Positions 7,914 to 17,677 of a stretch of 64,000 nucleotides of DNA are shown here, piece by piece. The notes beneath the pieces are model-generated. The model saw nothing but the letters and a program-made list of their open reading frames with translations. It had not been told where the DNA came from and made no database searches. Positions within the stretch are counted from its first letter, which is position 1. Each line of letters begins with the position of its first letter. The stretch is from Bacillota bacterium (GTDB taxonomy: Bacteria > Bacillota > Clostridia > Oscillospirales > Ruminococcaceae): contig JAEZTV010000015.1 in the NCBI GenBank assembly GCA_023421245.1, forward strand, positions 24,360 through 88,359, given 5' to 3'. Both the position numbers and the translations under genes were made by a program.

Positions 7914-10900
7914 CCATGAAACGTGCACTTATCACCTCCACGTTCCGCGAGATTCGTCACACCCTCAGCCGTTTTTTGTCCATCTTTGCTATTGTTGCGC
8001 TCGGCACCGGATTTCTTGCGGGCATAAAGGCAACCGCCCCCGATATGATTCTTTCCATCGACAGCTATTTTGACCAAACGCGTCTGGCTGATCTGCGTCT
8101 GGTATCCACAATGGGGTTTGATGACGATGATGTTGCGGCAATTCGGGATGCGCAAGGGGTAAACGGCGTTATGCCCTCTTACACCGCCGATGTGTTTGCG
8201 CATCAGGACGATAAACAGCTTTTACTGCGCCTGCATTCCATGCCGCTTGGTGCCGCCGAGGATGAGAATCTGCTCAACCGCCCCGTTCTTCTGGAGGGAA
8301 GAATGCCGCTTCGCTCCGGCGAATGTCTTGCGGAAGCATCAGGCAACATGACATCAGGGCATCGGGTAGGGGATGTTATTACGGTAGAAGCGGGCGGCGG
8401 TGACCCTATTGAGGATATGCTTGCCGTCACACAGTTTACGGTAGTGGGTACCGTGAGGTCTCCGTATTATATCTCGTTTGACAGGGGAACCAGTTCCGTC
8501 GGCACCGGCACAGTCGACCGGTTCCTATACGTACCCGAGCAGGACTTCACCTATTCGGTGTATACCGATGTGTTTGTTACGCTGGACGGCGCGCTGCAGC
8601 AGCAAAGCTATGCGCAGGGCTATACCGATATGGTGGATATGCAGGTGGAGCTGCTCGAACCGGTTGCCGATAACCGTGAGCGGGACCGTTACGATAAAAT
8701 TATTGCCGAAGCGACGGAAGAGTTGGATGAGGCAAGGCGGGAGCTTGCCAACGCAGAAGAGGAAGCTCTGCGCGAACTTGATGATGCACAAAAAGAGATT
8801 GACGATGCACGCGGGGAGCTTGAGGACGGCGAACGGGAGTACCGTGATGCGAAAAACACCTTCGATACCGAAATCGCCGACGCACAGCGGCAGCTGGACG
8901 ACGGATATAAGGAGCTTCGCGAGGGCCGGCAGGCGTACCGCGACGGTCTTGCGCAATATAATAGTAAAAGCAAAGCTGCTTACGAAGAGCTTGATGCCGC
9001 AAAGGCGCAGATTGCTGCGGGGCTTGCACAGTACGAGCAAGGGCTTGCCACCTACCAAAATGGCGCAGCGGCGCATACCGCGCTGACCGACGCGTTTGGC
9101 ATTATGCAAAGTCCTGATGCAACGCCCGAACAGCAGATGATGGCACTCGGCACCATCGCAGCTATTGCCGCGGAGTTTAGCGGGAATGAGGAGACAGCCC
9201 AGCTTGCCCAGGTTCTTACACTGTTTGCCGCCGAGCCGGAAAACCCCGAAAATACTTATATGATGCAGATGAGCCTCGATGGCTTCGGCCAAACGCTTGC
9301 CGGCACCAAGCTTATGCTGGATGAAGCAAAGGCAGAGCTTGACGCAGGACAGAGACAGGTTTCGGCAGGCTATGCGGCGCTTGCGCGGGCAAGCATCCAG
9401 CTTGAAAGCGCCAGACAGCAGCTGGAGGAAGCGCAAAAAACGCTGGATGAAAATCAAGCGGAGTTTGAAGAAGCAAAGGCGGAAGGCGAGCGGGAGCTTG
9501 CCGATGCCCGGCGCGAAATTGACGACGGATGGAAAAAGCTTGCCGAGGGTAAAGAAGAATACGCAAACGCCAAGGCGGATGCCCTGCGCGAGCTTGCTGA
9601 CGCACAGGTTAAGATTGATGATGCGCAGGCAGAGATTGACGATCTCACGCCGCCGGAATGGTATATCCTCACGCGAGAAAGCATCCCCGGAAACTCCGGC
9701 TATTACGAGGACTCAAAGCGCGTGGATGCTGTGGCGAAGGTATTTCCGGTGTTCTTCTTTCTTGTTGCGGCGCTGGTGTGTTTAACAACGATGACCCGCA
9801 TGGTGGAGGAAAAACGCACCGAGCTTGGTACCATCAAGGCATTAGGTTACGGCAAAGGTGCGGCGGTATTCAAATTTTTGTGCTATGCGGGCATTGCAAG
9901 CCTGCTTGGCAGTGCGGCCGGTTTAGCAATTGGGTTTAAGGTGTTTCCATCCGTCATTGCTGCGGCGTATGGAATGCTGTACCAAACCCCCGCCGTACAG
10001 ACCCCGTTTCATCTGAGCTATGCGGTTCCTATTACACTGATTGCGGTACTGGTTACGATGATGTCGGCGTTTCTTGCTTGCTACAAGGAGCTTGCCGAAC
10101 AGCCCGCGGCACTTATGCGCCCTAAAGCGCCAAAGCCCGGCAAACGTGTCTTGCTGGAGCGAATTCCGTTTTTGTGGAAGCGGCTCGGGTTTATTCAAAA
10201 GGTCACGGTACGCAACCTTTTGCGCTACAAGCGGCGTATGCTGATGACGGTGATTGGTATTGCCGGCTGTACCGCGTTGATGCTTGCGGGCTTTGGCTTG
10301 CGAAATTCAATCTCTTCCATTACCACAAAGCAGTACGGCGCGATATTCCTTTACCATGGCATGCTTCTGCTTGACCAGGAGGCTGCGGCAGAGGATAAAG
10401 CACAACTTTCAGCCACCGTTTTGCAGCAGGATAATATTACCGGTTCGCTGCAAGCGCGACAGGATTCGATTACCGCGCTCGATGCCGATGGCAACGTAGA
10501 GGTAGAAGCGGCGTTGTTTGTACCGGAGAACAACCAAAATATCGGCGATTATGCCGTGCTTCGTACCCGCGACGGTCATGAGGGGATTACCCTTGACGGG
10601 GATGGAGCGGTTGTGACTGAAAAGCTTGCAAAGCTGTTGGAGATTAAAATAGGGGACACTCTTATATTGAGAGATTCCGATAATAGGCCGCACGAAGTAA
10701 TGGTTGCCGCCATCACCGAGAACTATGTATACCATTACATCTACCTGTCCCGCACACAATACGAGCAGGTGTTTGACAAGGCGTTTGAACCTAACACTCT
10801 GTTTATGCGGCTTGCCGACGCTTCGGATAACGCGCAGGATACACTCTCCAAAACGCTGATTTCAAATGACTATGTGGTGTCGGTCAGCTACAACTCCGCG

Positions 10901-11335
10901 GCGGAAAAAGGCTTTCAAGATGCGCTGGAAAGCCTGGATTATGTCGTGCTGGTGCTTATTATCTCGGCAGGCCTGCTTGCCTTTGTGGTTCTGTACAATC
11001 TTACCAACATCAACGTTACCGAGCGCATTCGCGAGATTGCCACGATAAAGGTGCTCGGGTTTTATAATCGGGAGGTATCCGCCTATATCTACCGCGAAAA
11101 TATCTTCCATACCCTCATGGGTATTGTGTTTGGCCTGTTTGCCGGCATCTTTTTACACCGTTTTGTGATGCAGGCGGCCGAGGTGGATGTTGTGATGTTC
11201 GGACGCGAGATCGGCTGGTTTGCCTACCTTATGAGTGCGGTGCTCACCATGGTGTTTGCCTTGCTGGTTAATATAACGCTGCATTTCCGTTTAAAGAAGG
11301 TCAGCATGGTGGAGTCGCTCAAATCCGTGGAGTAA
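7907..11335 (+). CDS. FtsX/MacB-type ABC permease with duplicated FtsX modules and a ~340-aa coiled-coil ectodomain
   Basis: 1142 aa. N-terminal TM, long E/A/K/D/L heptad-rich region (aa ~255-600), then two 3-4-TM FtsX-like blocks. Start overlaps the ATPase stop. Confidence 0.85.
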   Translation: MVAMKRALITSTFREIRHTLSRFLSIFAIVALGTGFLAGIKATAPDMILSIDSYFDQTRLADLRLVSTMGFDDDDVAAIRDAQGVNGVMPSYTADVFAHQDDKQLLLRLHSMPLGAAEDENLLNRPVLLEGRMPLRSGECLAEASGNMTSGHRVGDVITVEAGGGDPIEDMLAVTQFTVVGTVRSPYYISFDRGTSSVGTGTVDRFLYVPEQDFTYSVYTDVFVTLDGALQQQSYAQGYTDMVDMQVELLEPVADNRERDRYDKIIAEATEELDEARRELANAEEEALRELDDAQKEIDDARGELEDGEREYRDAKNTFDTEIADAQRQLDDGYKELREGRQAYRDGLAQYNSKSKAAYEELDAAKAQIAAGLAQYEQGLATYQNGAAAHTALTDAFGIMQSPDATPEQQMMALGTIAAIAAEFSGNEETAQLAQVLTLFAAEPENPENTYMMQMSLDGFGQTLAGTKLMLDEAKAELDAGQRQVSAGYAALARASIQLESARQQLEEAQKTLDENQAEFEEAKAEGERELADARREIDDGWKKLAEGKEEYANAKADALRELADAQVKIDDAQAEIDDLTPPEWYILTRESIPGNSGYYEDSKRVDAVAKVFPVFFFLVAALVCLTTMTRMVEEKRTELGTIKALGYGKGAAVFKFLCYAGIASLLGSAAGLAIGFKVFPSVIAAAYGMLYQTPAVQTPFHLSYAVPITLIAVLVTMMSAFLACYKELAEQPAALMRPKAPKPGKRVLLERIPFLWKRLGFIQKVTVRNLLRYKRRMLMTVIGIAGCTALMLAGFGLRNSISSITTKQYGAIFLYHGMLLLDQEAAAEDKAQLSATVLQQDNITGSLQARQDSITALDADGNVEVEAALFVPENNQNIGDYAVLRTRDGHEGITLDGDGAVVTEKLAKLLEIKIGDTLILRDSDNRPHEVMVAAITENYVYHYIYLSRTQYEQVFDKAFEPNTLFMRLADASDNAQDTLSKTLISNDYVVSVSYNSAAEKGFQDALESLDYVVLVLIISAGLLAFVVLYNLTNINVTERIREIATIKVLGFYNREVSAYIYRENIFHTLMGIVFGLFAGIFLHRFVMQAAEVDVVMFGREIGWFAYLMSAVLTMVFALLVNITLHFRLKKVSMVESLKSVE

Positions 11336-11372
11336 CGGTGCGTACAACACAAAGAGAGAATATTATAAAGCC

Positions 11373-11427
11373 ACCCGCAGACATTGGTGCCACATGGATA
11401 TGGCACCAATGTCTGCGGGTTTGTTCT
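11373..11427. terminator. intrinsic terminator after the ABC permease (20-bp stem)
   Basis: ACCCGCAGACATTGGTGCCA ... TGGCACCAATGTCTGCGGGT followed by TTGTTCT. Confidence 0.8.
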
Positions 11428-11551
11428 ATGCTCTGTAAACTTCAAAATGAAAACAATTCTGGATCGCACGGATTTCGATTTGATACCCGCACCACGGCAA
11501 GGCCTTGACTGCGCTCTGAAAACAAGGGTTTGTTTTCGAGCTGGATTGGTT

Positions 11552-12250
11552 TCATCTCATAACGCCTGCATATTCTTTTAGCTGCAGGCGTACAGCCTTG
11601 TGGTCGGGCAGCACGGTATCAAGCAGGCTGTAGAAGGCAGTGGAGTGGTTTGGGTGAACAAGGTGGGCAAATTCGTGCGCCAAAACGTAGTGAATACAGG
11701 GAGGCGGTGTACATACCAGCCGGTGACTTAATAATATTAGCCCCTTTTGCACATGACAGCTACCCCAGCGCGCCTTCATCCGCCGGGGCCGCAGGACAGG
11801 CTTTGCAACACCCATTTGCGCAAACGGTGCAAATGCGGCATCCTGCATGCGGGCGAAGATCTGGCCGCTGTACGAGGACAGCCAGCCGTCCAGCATCTGT
11901 ATGCAGGCTGTGTGGTCATCGGGGACGGGCAGCGCCAGCGTAACCAACCCGTCTTGGTATGCCGCCCTGCTCTTGTTTGCCCGCTGTATAGTCACCGGCA
12001 CCCGTTCCCCCAGCAGCAGTACGGTGCTGCCGTCAAAAAAGGTGTGGTTTGCCTGTTGCGCCATATGGTTTTGTGTACGCATAATCCAGTCGCTTTTGCT
12101 ATGCACAAACTTATCAATCATCGCGTGCGAAGCGGTATGCGGCGCAGATACCCAAACCTCGCCGTTGTTCGCAACATGAAGATTGATGTTTTTTACACGC
12201 CGATACACAACCCGATAGGCAGAAGGCACGGTTTGATTCGGTGCTTTCAT
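11552..12250 (-). CDS. YgjP-like (DUF45 / M48-type) zinc metallohydrolase
   Basis: C-terminal WGSC ... HYVLAHEFAHLVHPNHSTAFYSLL (HExxH...NHS) is typical of the YgjP family. Confidence 0.8.
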   Translation of the reverse strand: MKAPNQTVPSAYRVVYRRVKNINLHVANNGEVWVSAPHTASHAMIDKFVHSKSDWIMRTQNHMAQQANHTFFDGSTVLLLGERVPVTIQRANKSRAAYQDGLVTLALPVPDDHTACIQMLDGWLSSYSGQIFARMQDAAFAPFAQMGVAKPVLRPRRMKARWGSCHVQKGLILLSHRLVCTPPPCIHYVLAHEFAHLVHPNHSTAFYSLLDTVLPDHKAVRLQLKEYAGVMR

Positions 12251-12282
12251 GATATAGCCCCTTTGTGTTATTTGCTGCTTTC

Positions 12283-12311
12283 ATCATACATGCGCTTTTG
12301 GGGACAGTCAA
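12283..12311 (-). promoter_or_regulatory. promoter of the ygjP-like gene
   Basis: On the minus strand: TTGACT, 17 nt, TATGAT. Confidence 0.55.
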
Positions 12312-12375
12312 TATAAGTGATATAACTAAAAACAAATCACCAAATGTTGTGTCATTTGACGGAAGAGCCGGTAGA

Positions 12376-12417
12376 TTGGCGCCGATATTCGAAATCGTTT
12401 TCGAATATCGGCGCCAA
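12376..12417. repeat. perfect 19-bp inverted repeat (4-nt loop) with a LacI/CcpA-type core
   Basis: TTGGCGCCGATATTCGAAA-TCGT-TTTCGAATATCGGCGCCAA. Core cGaAAtCGtTTtCg matches TGnAAnCGnTTnCA at 12/14. No U-tail on either strand. Confidence 0.75.
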
Positions 12418-12758
12418 TTATTGGATGAAAGAGAGGCGATATGCTATAATAAGGAACAGGATGAAACTTACCTGATGATCTTTGTTTTGTAACAATTATG
12501 TAACCATTATGCGCAATTACTGCGTTTAATTATATATAAAATAACTAAAAAGTTAACCCGGACGTGAGGAAGGGCGGGACATAATCGAAGCAAAAAAGGG
12601 TGTTCTTTGAAATCCTTTTAATCACATATTTACGAAACCGCATTCGAAATTACAAAAGATAAGAGAGTTTCAATTTCTGACGAATGGCATAATTTCAACA
12701 GTGTAATCGATTTCGCGAAAATATATGTGTAATATTTATAGTTTTTTAAAAAATAGAC

Positions 12759-12808
12759 TTGCTTTTGTTCATGTATTGATATATAATGTGCTTACGAAAA
12801 CGTTTTAA
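12759..12808 (+). promoter_or_regulatory. lacI-family gene promoter with overlapping LacI/cre-type operator
   Basis: TTGCTT (12759-64), 17 nt, TATAAT (12782-87). Operator-like ACGAAAACGTTTTAA at 12794-12808. Confidence 0.6.
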
Positions 12809-12868
12809 GTTTTGTTTTACTCTTAGCTTTTATGTTTTCCAGTAAACTGTATAGGGGCACACACGAGA

Positions 12869-13885
12869 ATGGTTACAATCAGAGATATTTCCGCTGCATG
12901 CGGTGTTTCAGTTGCTACGGTGAGCAAAGCGCTCAACGGCTACAGCGATGTAAGCAAGGCAACCAAAGAGCTTGTGTGCAAAACAGCGGAGCAGATGGGT
13001 TACTTTCCCAACTCGCAGGCGCGTGCCCTAAAAACGAACCGTACATATAATCTGGGCGTTCTTTTCGTTGATGATGCCCAAAGCGGTCTGACCCACGATT
13101 ACTTTGCGCAGGTGCTCGACAGCTTTAAGGTAGAGGCGGAAAGCCGCGGCTATGATATCACGTTTATCAGCCACAACATCGGTAATAAAAACATGACGTT
13201 TTTAGAGCACTGCCTTTATCGAAAGGTAGATGGTGTGGTAGCCGCCTGTGTAGATTTTTCGCACCCTGCGGTAATCGAGCTTATCAACAGCGATATTCCG
13301 CTCGTTACCATTGACCATGTGTTTAACAACCGAACTTCAATTGTTTCGGCAAACCGAAACGGAATGCGCGAACTGATTGAATATGCTTATGAAAAAGGCC
13401 ACCGTAAAATTGCATATGTTCACGGCAAGAAAAGCTCGGTGACCGAAAGCCGCCTTGGCAGCTTTTACAAAACTATGGCGGACCTAAACCTGAGGGTACC
13501 GTTTGAGTACCTGCAGGAGGGCGCATACCATGAACCCGAAATCACGGCGGAGGCAACCAAACGTATCTTGGCCTTGCCCGACCGGCCGACCTGCATCCTG
13601 TTTCCCGACGATTTTGCCGCCATTGGCGGACTGAATGTCATTGAAGAAGCGGGGCTGCGGGTACCGGACGATATCTCCGTGATGGGGTACGACGGGTTGT
13701 ATCTGTCACAGGTGCTAAAGCCTGTCCTTACCACCTTTAAGCAGGACACCAAGCGCTTGGGCAAAGAGGCTGCCGTGCAGCTGGTACAGCTTATTGAGCA
13801 TCCGGTAACTACCCTTACCGAGAGGGTTGTTATATATGGCAAATTTCTTGAAGGCGCCTCGGTAAAGAGTTTGCTCACAGAGTAA
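12869..13885 (+). CDS. LacI family transcriptional regulator
   Basis: N-terminal HTH VTIRDISAACGVSVATVSKALNG, followed by a periplasmic-binding-fold effector domain. Confidence 0.92.
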   Translation: MVTIRDISAACGVSVATVSKALNGYSDVSKATKELVCKTAEQMGYFPNSQARALKTNRTYNLGVLFVDDAQSGLTHDYFAQVLDSFKVEAESRGYDITFISHNIGNKNMTFLEHCLYRKVDGVVAACVDFSHPAVIELINSDIPLVTIDHVFNNRTSIVSANRNGMRELIEYAYEKGHRKIAYVHGKKSSVTESRLGSFYKTMADLNLRVPFEYLQEGAYHEPEITAEATKRILALPDRPTCILFPDDFAAIGGLNVIEEAGLRVPDDISVMGYDGLYLSQVLKPVLTTFKQDTKRLGKEAAVQLVQLIEHPVTTLTERVVIYGKFLEGASVKSLLTE

Positions 13886-13955
13886 ATCTTGGCGCTTTTG
13901 GGAAGGTTCTATCGTTCGGAATCAGAACCCGATTATCGAAGGAGGAAAAACACCA

Positions 13956-15377
13956 ATGAAAAATGTAACCCGTATCGTATCATTACTGTTAGCTCTTGCT
14001 ATGGTAATGGCTCTGGGCCTTGTAGGCTGCACAAACGCGCCTGCTGCTCCGAGCGAGCCCGCACCCGCACCCGCTCCCGGCGAGGAGACTCCCGTAGCGG
14101 AAGGCGTAACTGATGACGCCAGCGTAAAACAGCTCAATCTGTGGAGTTTCACCGATGAGATTCCCAAAATGATGCCCAAGTTCCAAGAGCTGAACCCTGA
14201 TTTCTCACTTGAAATCAAGGAAACCATCGTTGCTACTACAGACGGCGCGTATCAGCCCGCTCTGGACGCTGCTCTTGCAGCCGGCGGCGCAGAGGCTCCT
14301 GACATCTATGCGGCTGAGGCGGCATTCATCCTCAAGTACGCACAGGGCGATGCTTCCCAGTATGCAGCTGCCTACAAGGATCTTGGCATCGATGTTGATG
14401 CGAAGCTTAAAGAAGCTGCTATTGCTCAGTACACAGTGGATATCGGCACAAGACCTTCCGACGGTGCGCTTGTAGGCCTTGGCTATCAGGCTACCGGTGG
14501 TGCGTTCATCTATCGCCGCTCCATCGCAAAAGACGTTTGGGGTACCGATGATCCCGCAACCATCACAGGCAAGGTTGGCCCCGGCTGGGAGAAGTTCTTC
14601 ACAGCTGCTGAAGAGCTCAAGGCAAAGGGCTACGGTATCATCTCCGGCGACGGCGACCTTTGGCACGCTGTTGAGAACAGCTCTGAAAAGGGCTGGGTTG
14701 TTGATGGAAAGCTTTACATTGACCCGCTGCGCGAAGCATTCTTGGATCAGTCCAAGCTTCTCAAAGAAAGCGGCTACCATAACGACACGCAGGACTGGCA
14801 GGATGCATGGTTTGCTGACATGAAGGATGCCAACCCCAAGAAGGTACTTGGCTTCTTTGGTCCCGCATGGCTGATTAACTACGTAATGGCCGGCAACTCC
14901 GGCGGCGAGAAGATCGGCGAAGGCACCTATGGTGACTGGGCAGTATGCGAGCCTCCTGTTGGCTTCTTCTGGGGCGGCACATGGGTTCTTGCAAACAAGG
15001 ACACCAAGATTCCCGCTTCTGTTGGCAAGGTAATTGAGTGGATCACCCTCGACAGCTCCGAAACTGGTCTCCAGTACTTCTGGGCTAATGGCACGCTCTT
15101 CGGCGAAGGCGGCACCAAGGACACCGTCGCTTCCGGTACCGTTATGAGCAAGTCTGACGGCTCGATCGATTTCCTTAACGGACAGAACATGTTCGATGCA
15201 TTCGTTCCCGCTGGCGAGTTTGCTTCCGGAAAGAATCTCACCCAGTACGATGAGTCAATCAACATCATCTGGCGTGACCAGGTTCGTCAGTATTCTGCCG
15301 GCGCAAAATCCAAAGAGCAGGCTATTGCGGACTTCAAATCGCAGGTTGCTGACAGCCTTGCACTCCCTGTAGAATAA
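13956..15377 (+). CDS. sugar ABC transporter substrate-binding lipoprotein
   Basis: Lipobox LGLVGC, Pro/Ala linker, ~470-aa family-1 SBP length. GGAGGA RBS. Followed by two permease genes. Confidence 0.85.
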   Translation: MKNVTRIVSLLLALAMVMALGLVGCTNAPAAPSEPAPAPAPGEETPVAEGVTDDASVKQLNLWSFTDEIPKMMPKFQELNPDFSLEIKETIVATTDGAYQPALDAALAAGGAEAPDIYAAEAAFILKYAQGDASQYAAAYKDLGIDVDAKLKEAAIAQYTVDIGTRPSDGALVGLGYQATGGAFIYRRSIAKDVWGTDDPATITGKVGPGWEKFFTAAEELKAKGYGIISGDGDLWHAVENSSEKGWVVDGKLYIDPLREAFLDQSKLLKESGYHNDTQDWQDAWFADMKDANPKKVLGFFGPAWLINYVMAGNSGGEKIGEGTYGDWAVCEPPVGFFWGGTWVLANKDTKIPASVGKVIEWITLDSSETGLQYFWANGTLFGEGGTKDTVASGTVMSKSDGSIDFLNGQNMFDAFVPAGEFASGKNLTQYDESINIIWRDQVRQYSAGAKSKEQAIADFKSQVADSLALPVE

Positions 15378-15472
15378 TCCAAACCCGTTTATGGGGCGGA
15401 CGCCTTTCCGTCCGCCCCATTTTTTTAACTATCGAATAAAAGCATTACGCACTTTACCGGAGGTGAACGCTT

Positions 15473-16453
15473 ATGCGCCGCAAGAGCGTTAGTTACGCAA
15501 AATACGGTTACATATTTTCTGCGCCGTTCGTGCTTGCGTTCCTTGTATTTACGTTGTATCCCATCATCTATACAGTTGTAATCGGGTTTACGGATCTTAA
15601 AGGGTTGGGCAAAACGGAAATCAACTTTTTAAGCAACCCGTTTGAAAACTTTCAGGCGGTTCTCTCGGCGCCATCCTTTCAGGTATCCTTGTCAAACACA
15701 GTGTTGATGTGGATTGTTAACTTCGTTCCGCAAATTCTGCTTGCGCTTTTGCTTGCTGCCTGGTTTACTAATAATCGCCTGAAGATAAAAGGTCAGGGAT
15801 TATTCAAGGTTCTTATTTATCTGCCTAATATTATTACGGCTGCTACAATTGCTATCCTGTTTAACTCACTGTTTGCATACCCCAAAGGCCCGGTAAACGA
15901 CCTGTTAATGATGTTTGGCTTCCTTGAAGAGCCGGTGCACTTTTTAATCCAGCGCTGGACGGCTAGGAATATCGTATCCTTCCTTCAGTTTTGGATGTGG
16001 TATGGAAATACTATGATCGTGTTGATTGCGGGTATACTGGGAATCAACCCTACCCTTTATGAAGCGGCGGAGATTGACGGTGCGTCAAGCACACAACGCT
16101 TCTTCCGCATTACGCTTCCGAATTTAAGGACGATTCTTCTTTTTACGCTGGTTACCAGTATGATCGGCGGCTTGCAGATGTTTGATATCCCAAAACTGTT
16201 TATTATAGGCGGCAACGGCGGCCCTGATAATGCAACGCTTACGGCCAGTGTGTTTATCTATAATCAGGCATTTGGCCCAAGCCGTTTGTACAACCGCGCA
16301 TCAGCCGCGAGTTTAATCTTATTTATTATTATTATGATACTTTCAGCAATTCTTTTCTTTGTCATGCGTGATAAGGATGCGATTAAGCATGAGAAAGAAT
16401 TAAAGGCCCTTAGAAAATCTGAGAAGAGCATGATGAGGAGGGGACAGCTATGA
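15473..16453 (+). CDS. carbohydrate ABC transporter permease (MalF-like)
   Basis: 6-TM BPD_transp_1 layout with the EAA-like loop YEAAEIDGASSTQRFFRITLP. Confidence 0.9.
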   Translation: MRRKSVSYAKYGYIFSAPFVLAFLVFTLYPIIYTVVIGFTDLKGLGKTEINFLSNPFENFQAVLSAPSFQVSLSNTVLMWIVNFVPQILLALLLAAWFTNNRLKIKGQGLFKVLIYLPNIITAATIAILFNSLFAYPKGPVNDLLMMFGFLEEPVHFLIQRWTARNIVSFLQFWMWYGNTMIVLIAGILGINPTLYEAAEIDGASSTQRFFRITLPNLRTILLFTLVTSMIGGLQMFDIPKLFIIGGNGGPDNATLTASVFIYNQAFGPSRLYNRASAASLILFIIIMILSAILFFVMRDKDAIKHEKELKALRKSEKSMMRRGQL

Positions 16454-17298
16454 ACCATAAATCAAGCATGTCCCAGGGCGCTAAGAAGACCGTAATCTAT
16501 GCTGTCTGCATTTTTCTGTCGATTTTAAGTATATTCCCGTTTTGGATTATGCTTATGAATGCGACGCGCTCAACCTTTGAGATTCAGCAGACCGCCATTT
16601 CTCTTCTTCCGTCAAAGTTCTTATTGAGCAACTTTAAGGTGCTTATCAGTAAGAGCTTTAATCCGCTTGTCGGTCTTATGAACTCGATAATTATCTCCGT
16701 CAGTGCAACAGTGTGCACGGTGTACTTCTCGTCGCTTACCGCATATGCGCTGACAGCTTATGACTGGAGACTGCGCCAGCCATTCTTTACCTTCATTATG
16801 TGCGTGCTGATGATACCCGCGCAGATGTCGAGTATTGGTTTTTACCAGTTTATGTACAGTGTGGGCTGGACGAACAATTTACTGCCGCTGATACTGCCTG
16901 CCATCGCGGCACCCGCTACAGTGTTCTTTATGAGACAGTATCTGATTGCCACCCTGTCGCTTGATATTGTAAATTCGTCGCGTATAGACGGCGCTGGTGA
17001 GTTTTTTACATTTAACAGAATCATTCTGCCAATTATGAAACCCGCCATCGCTACACAAGCAATCTTTTCGTTTGTTACCAGCTGGAACAACCTATTCATG
17101 CCTATGGTATTGCTGACGGACAAATCGAAATTTACGATGCCGATTATGGTAAGCTTGCTCAAGGGTGATATCTACAAAACCGAGTTTGGTTCAATCTATT
17201 TAGGGTTATCGCTCACAGTACTGCCGCTGTTTGTTATCTACTTCCTATTGTCGAAGTACATTATCGCGGGTGTTGCACTGGGCGGTATCAAGGAATAA
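16450..17298 (+). CDS. carbohydrate ABC transporter permease (MalG-like)
   Basis: EAA-like loop SSRIDGAGEFFTFNRIILPIMKP. 4-nt overlap with the preceding permease gene. Confidence 0.9.
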   Translation: MNHKSSMSQGAKKTVIYAVCIFLSILSIFPFWIMLMNATRSTFEIQQTAISLLPSKFLLSNFKVLISKSFNPLVGLMNSIIISVSATVCTVYFSSLTAYALTAYDWRLRQPFFTFIMCVLMIPAQMSSIGFYQFMYSVGWTNNLLPLILPAIAAPATVFFMRQYLIATLSLDIVNSSRIDGAGEFFTFNRIILPIMKPAIATQAIFSFVTSWNNLFMPMVLLTDKSKFTMPIMVSLLKGDIYKTEFGSIYLGLSLTVLPLFVIYFLLSKYIIAGVALGGIKE

Positions 17299-17677
17299 AT
17301 CACAGGCGGGATACCCTGTTGTTATGCAAAAGCAAATCGCCGCACTACTGGCGATCTGTATTCTTTAAACAACTTGTTTTACTAATTCATTCATATTTCT
17401 CTTTAGAATGAGTGCCTTTTCTATGAATTAAGCAGTAGTAGAAACGGCATTTATTCTTGTAAAAAGCAGGTATCCACAAATGCCCTTTTACGGTATATTT
17501 ATGTTATCTTAATCACTAGAAGGTATATATTTTAATACTGCTGTTTTGTAGCAGGCGGCGGCAAAGCCGCCGAAGAATTTACACAAAGGAATCTCTGCCT
17601 GCGACGACAGCCGCAAGCGACAGGTATTGCTTGTCGATTAAAAGCAGGTCTATGCCTTTAATGCAGAACCGTATAAT

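Noticed and set aside
8525-9457. 310-aa minus-strand ORF (plus 8689-8973, 8700-9029, 9312-9605, 9454-9684) opposite the FtsX permease
   Set aside because: These lie antisense to the coiled-coil coding repeat. The products are Arg/Cys/Leu-rich low-complexity strings without an RBS. They are classic shadow ORFs.
11437-11462. 23-nt similarity AAACTTCA[A/G]AATGAAAACAA[T/G]TC shared with 62607-62632
   Set aside because: 21/23 identity between two sites in 64 kb searched on both strands is close to chance expectation by my rough estimate. The flanks do not align and the contexts differ.
12265-12492. 75-aa ORF spanning the 19-bp inverted repeat
   Set aside because: No RBS. The reading frame runs straight through a perfect palindrome and a promoter-like box. 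Not credible as coding.
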